From NCBI GenBank assembly GCA_000934665.2, contig JYFJ02003835.1, positions 1 through 37,080 of the forward strand: a stretch of DNA of 37,080 nucleotides, written 5' to 3'. Origin of the DNA: Catajapyx aquilonaris (Eukaryota). The notes below the pieces were generated by a model. That model was not told where the DNA came from. It did no database searches and was given only the letters and a program-made list of their open reading frames with translations. Shown piece by piece: positions 35,532 to 37,080 of this stretch; the first letter of the stretch is position 1, and each line of letters starts with the position of its first letter. The position numbers and the translations under genes were made by a program.

Positions 35532-36257
35532 TCAAAGGAGCTGCTCAAAGTGTCCTCCAGCCACTTGTACACACAGCCTGCAACGACGCACAAGAGATTC
35601 CCGAATAGATTGGAACACCCCGAGAGTAGGCCTACTCAGGATATGTTGCGTTGCGCCATGGATTCGGGCCACCAAGTCCATCTCCGATTCCACTGGTGTG
35701 GCATACACGAGGTCCTCTAACCATCCCCAAAAGCAGAAGTCCAGGGGACTTAGATCAGGGGATCTCGCAGGTCACGCCACCGGCCCCCCACGCCCTATCC
35801 ACCTGTCTGGGAAGGTGTCATTGTGATGGGCACGCATGGCCAGAGCGTAATGTGACGGAGCACCATCGTGCTGGAACCACATCCGTGTCCTGATCTGCAG
35901 TGGCACATTCTCCAGTAATTCCTGAAGGACACCCTGCAGGAAAGCCAGATACCTATCCCCATCCAGGCGAGGTGGCAGCATGTATGGGCCGAGCAGTTCA
36001 TCCCCCACAATCCCAGCCCACAAATTGATGGCAAAGCGGCGCTGGTGCCCGTGGACGTAGGTGCGATGAGGATTCTGGTGCGCCCAATCATGGTTGTTGC
36101 TGGTGTTGTACGGGCCATCTTGAGTCAGACATGCCTCATCGCTGAACATGACGGTGGTTGGGAAACCTGGGGCATTCATTGTCTGCTGCAGGAACCACTG
36201 GGCGAAGTCAACTCTCGCTGGATAGTCCGCCGGGAGGAGATGCTGCACCTTCTCTGT
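35532..36257 (-). mobile_element. 5'-truncated Tc1/mariner DD41D (rosa/VS-type) transposase pseudogene
   Basis: FSDEA...WFQHDGAPSH...RWIGRGGPVA*PARSPDLSPLDFCFWG...GGHFEQLL*. There are 41 residues between the second and third Asp, one Trp-to-TGA stop at 35772, and no N-terminal HTH. Confidence 0.93.
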
Positions 36258-36590
36258 TTATTTTACTGACGTTTTTACTGACAATAACTTGTCAACACTA
36301 CTGTAGAGTAACAGCAACCACATAACTGTTACTACAGACACTCACCGCAGCAATAGATTTAAGTGAATTTGTGATTATTTTAGAGGGTGGGTTCATTGGT
36401 GAAATTTTTTTGTTTTGGGGTCCCCTACCCACCTTTTCTGCATAGGGTCTTGTTACACACTGTATGTATTCATTGGTACTGACAGTGAGATCAGTCCCCC
36501 TTCCGGAGAGTATTACACTCAAAAGCGTGGCCACGGTTTTCGGGCCAGCACAATTACTACCCCAAGTGTTAGTATGCAGAACCTTCGCTT

Positions 36591-36634
36591 TGACACTACA
36601 CGACTACACGACGACACGACTACACGACTACACG
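36591..36634. repeat. Short GACTACAC-type 8-bp tandem repeat
   Basis: GACACTACACGACTACACGACGACACGACTACACGACTACACGA. Confidence 0.8.
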
Positions 36635-36639
36635 AGGCG

Positions 36640-36960
36640 GTAACGCAGATGGAGTTTTTGGTAGTCAATTGTTAGTTCTGCCCTGGGTCTCTAGGTACGT
36701 TTTCTAAGCACTTCCAATGCTTGATTGCGCTATTTAGGTTTTCTTGATGGAAGTTACGGCCCTGCACCCACAATGGCTCCTTATCAGAATGTTTGTCTGG
36801 TGGACAACCATCCCATGGCCATGGATGTATGTGTCCCGAGGTGACCTGAACGGGTGGAACCCATCCATTCTTGCAGAGCCTTCCTGTCTGGCTGTATGTA
36901 CTATCAGGGTCAAAAAGATTGTCGGACTGTTATGGAATCGTCCGCGACTTTTTCTCCCGC
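36640..36960 (-). mobile_element. Possible non-LTR retrotransposon APE endonuclease remnant
   Basis: NSPTIFL...MDGFHPFRSPRDTYIHGHGMVVHQTNI resembles PDI..TE...I.GY..FR.DR...GGGV of L2/CR1-type endonucleases. Degraded. Confidence 0.35.
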
Positions 36961-37080
36961 CAATCAGTGTGCCAGGTGCAGGTGATTTGGGCGAGTGCCA
37001 TCGCAAGCTTTCCTCCCGACCTCATGACACGTGCTCGAATTTTCATCGGTGGGGGGGAGGGGGGGGTGCCGATTAGGCGA

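Overview
Eukaryotic, very probably arthropod, genomic DNA: it has spliceosomal GT-AG introns, a gustatory receptor and a knickkopf-like fragment. No prokaryotic operon, CRISPR array, rRNA or tRNA was seen. Two intact + strand genes can be assembled by hand. The first is a Yippee-like (YPEL1-4 type) gene with four coding exons (12666-12767, 14293-14336, 15086-15194, 16984-17073; 114 aa), at least one probable upstream non-coding exon and a long AT-rich 3' region. Directly downstream is a three-exon gustatory receptor (~20813-21772, 21831-21989, 22041-22142; ~406 aa, TYLIILAQF motif). The first ~8 kb holds minisatellites and foldback/MITE-like inverted repeats. The last ~14 kb is mostly decayed transposons: piggyBac, an LTR-like direct-repeat pair, an HNGN-type (probably Chapaev3) transposase, hAT, a Helitron helicase piece, a DD41D Tc1/mariner, and possible Harbinger and LINE remnants. 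It also holds a stray knickkopf DOMON exon and a decayed C2H2 zinc-finger array. The best candidates for new biology are translational-control features of the YPEL mRNA: a splice-junction AUG-UGA start-stop, an in-frame non-AUG N-terminal extension, and a coding-like tail after the stop codon. All three are inferences needing ribosome profiling or comparative data. Family assignments rest on recalled motifs, not on database searches.
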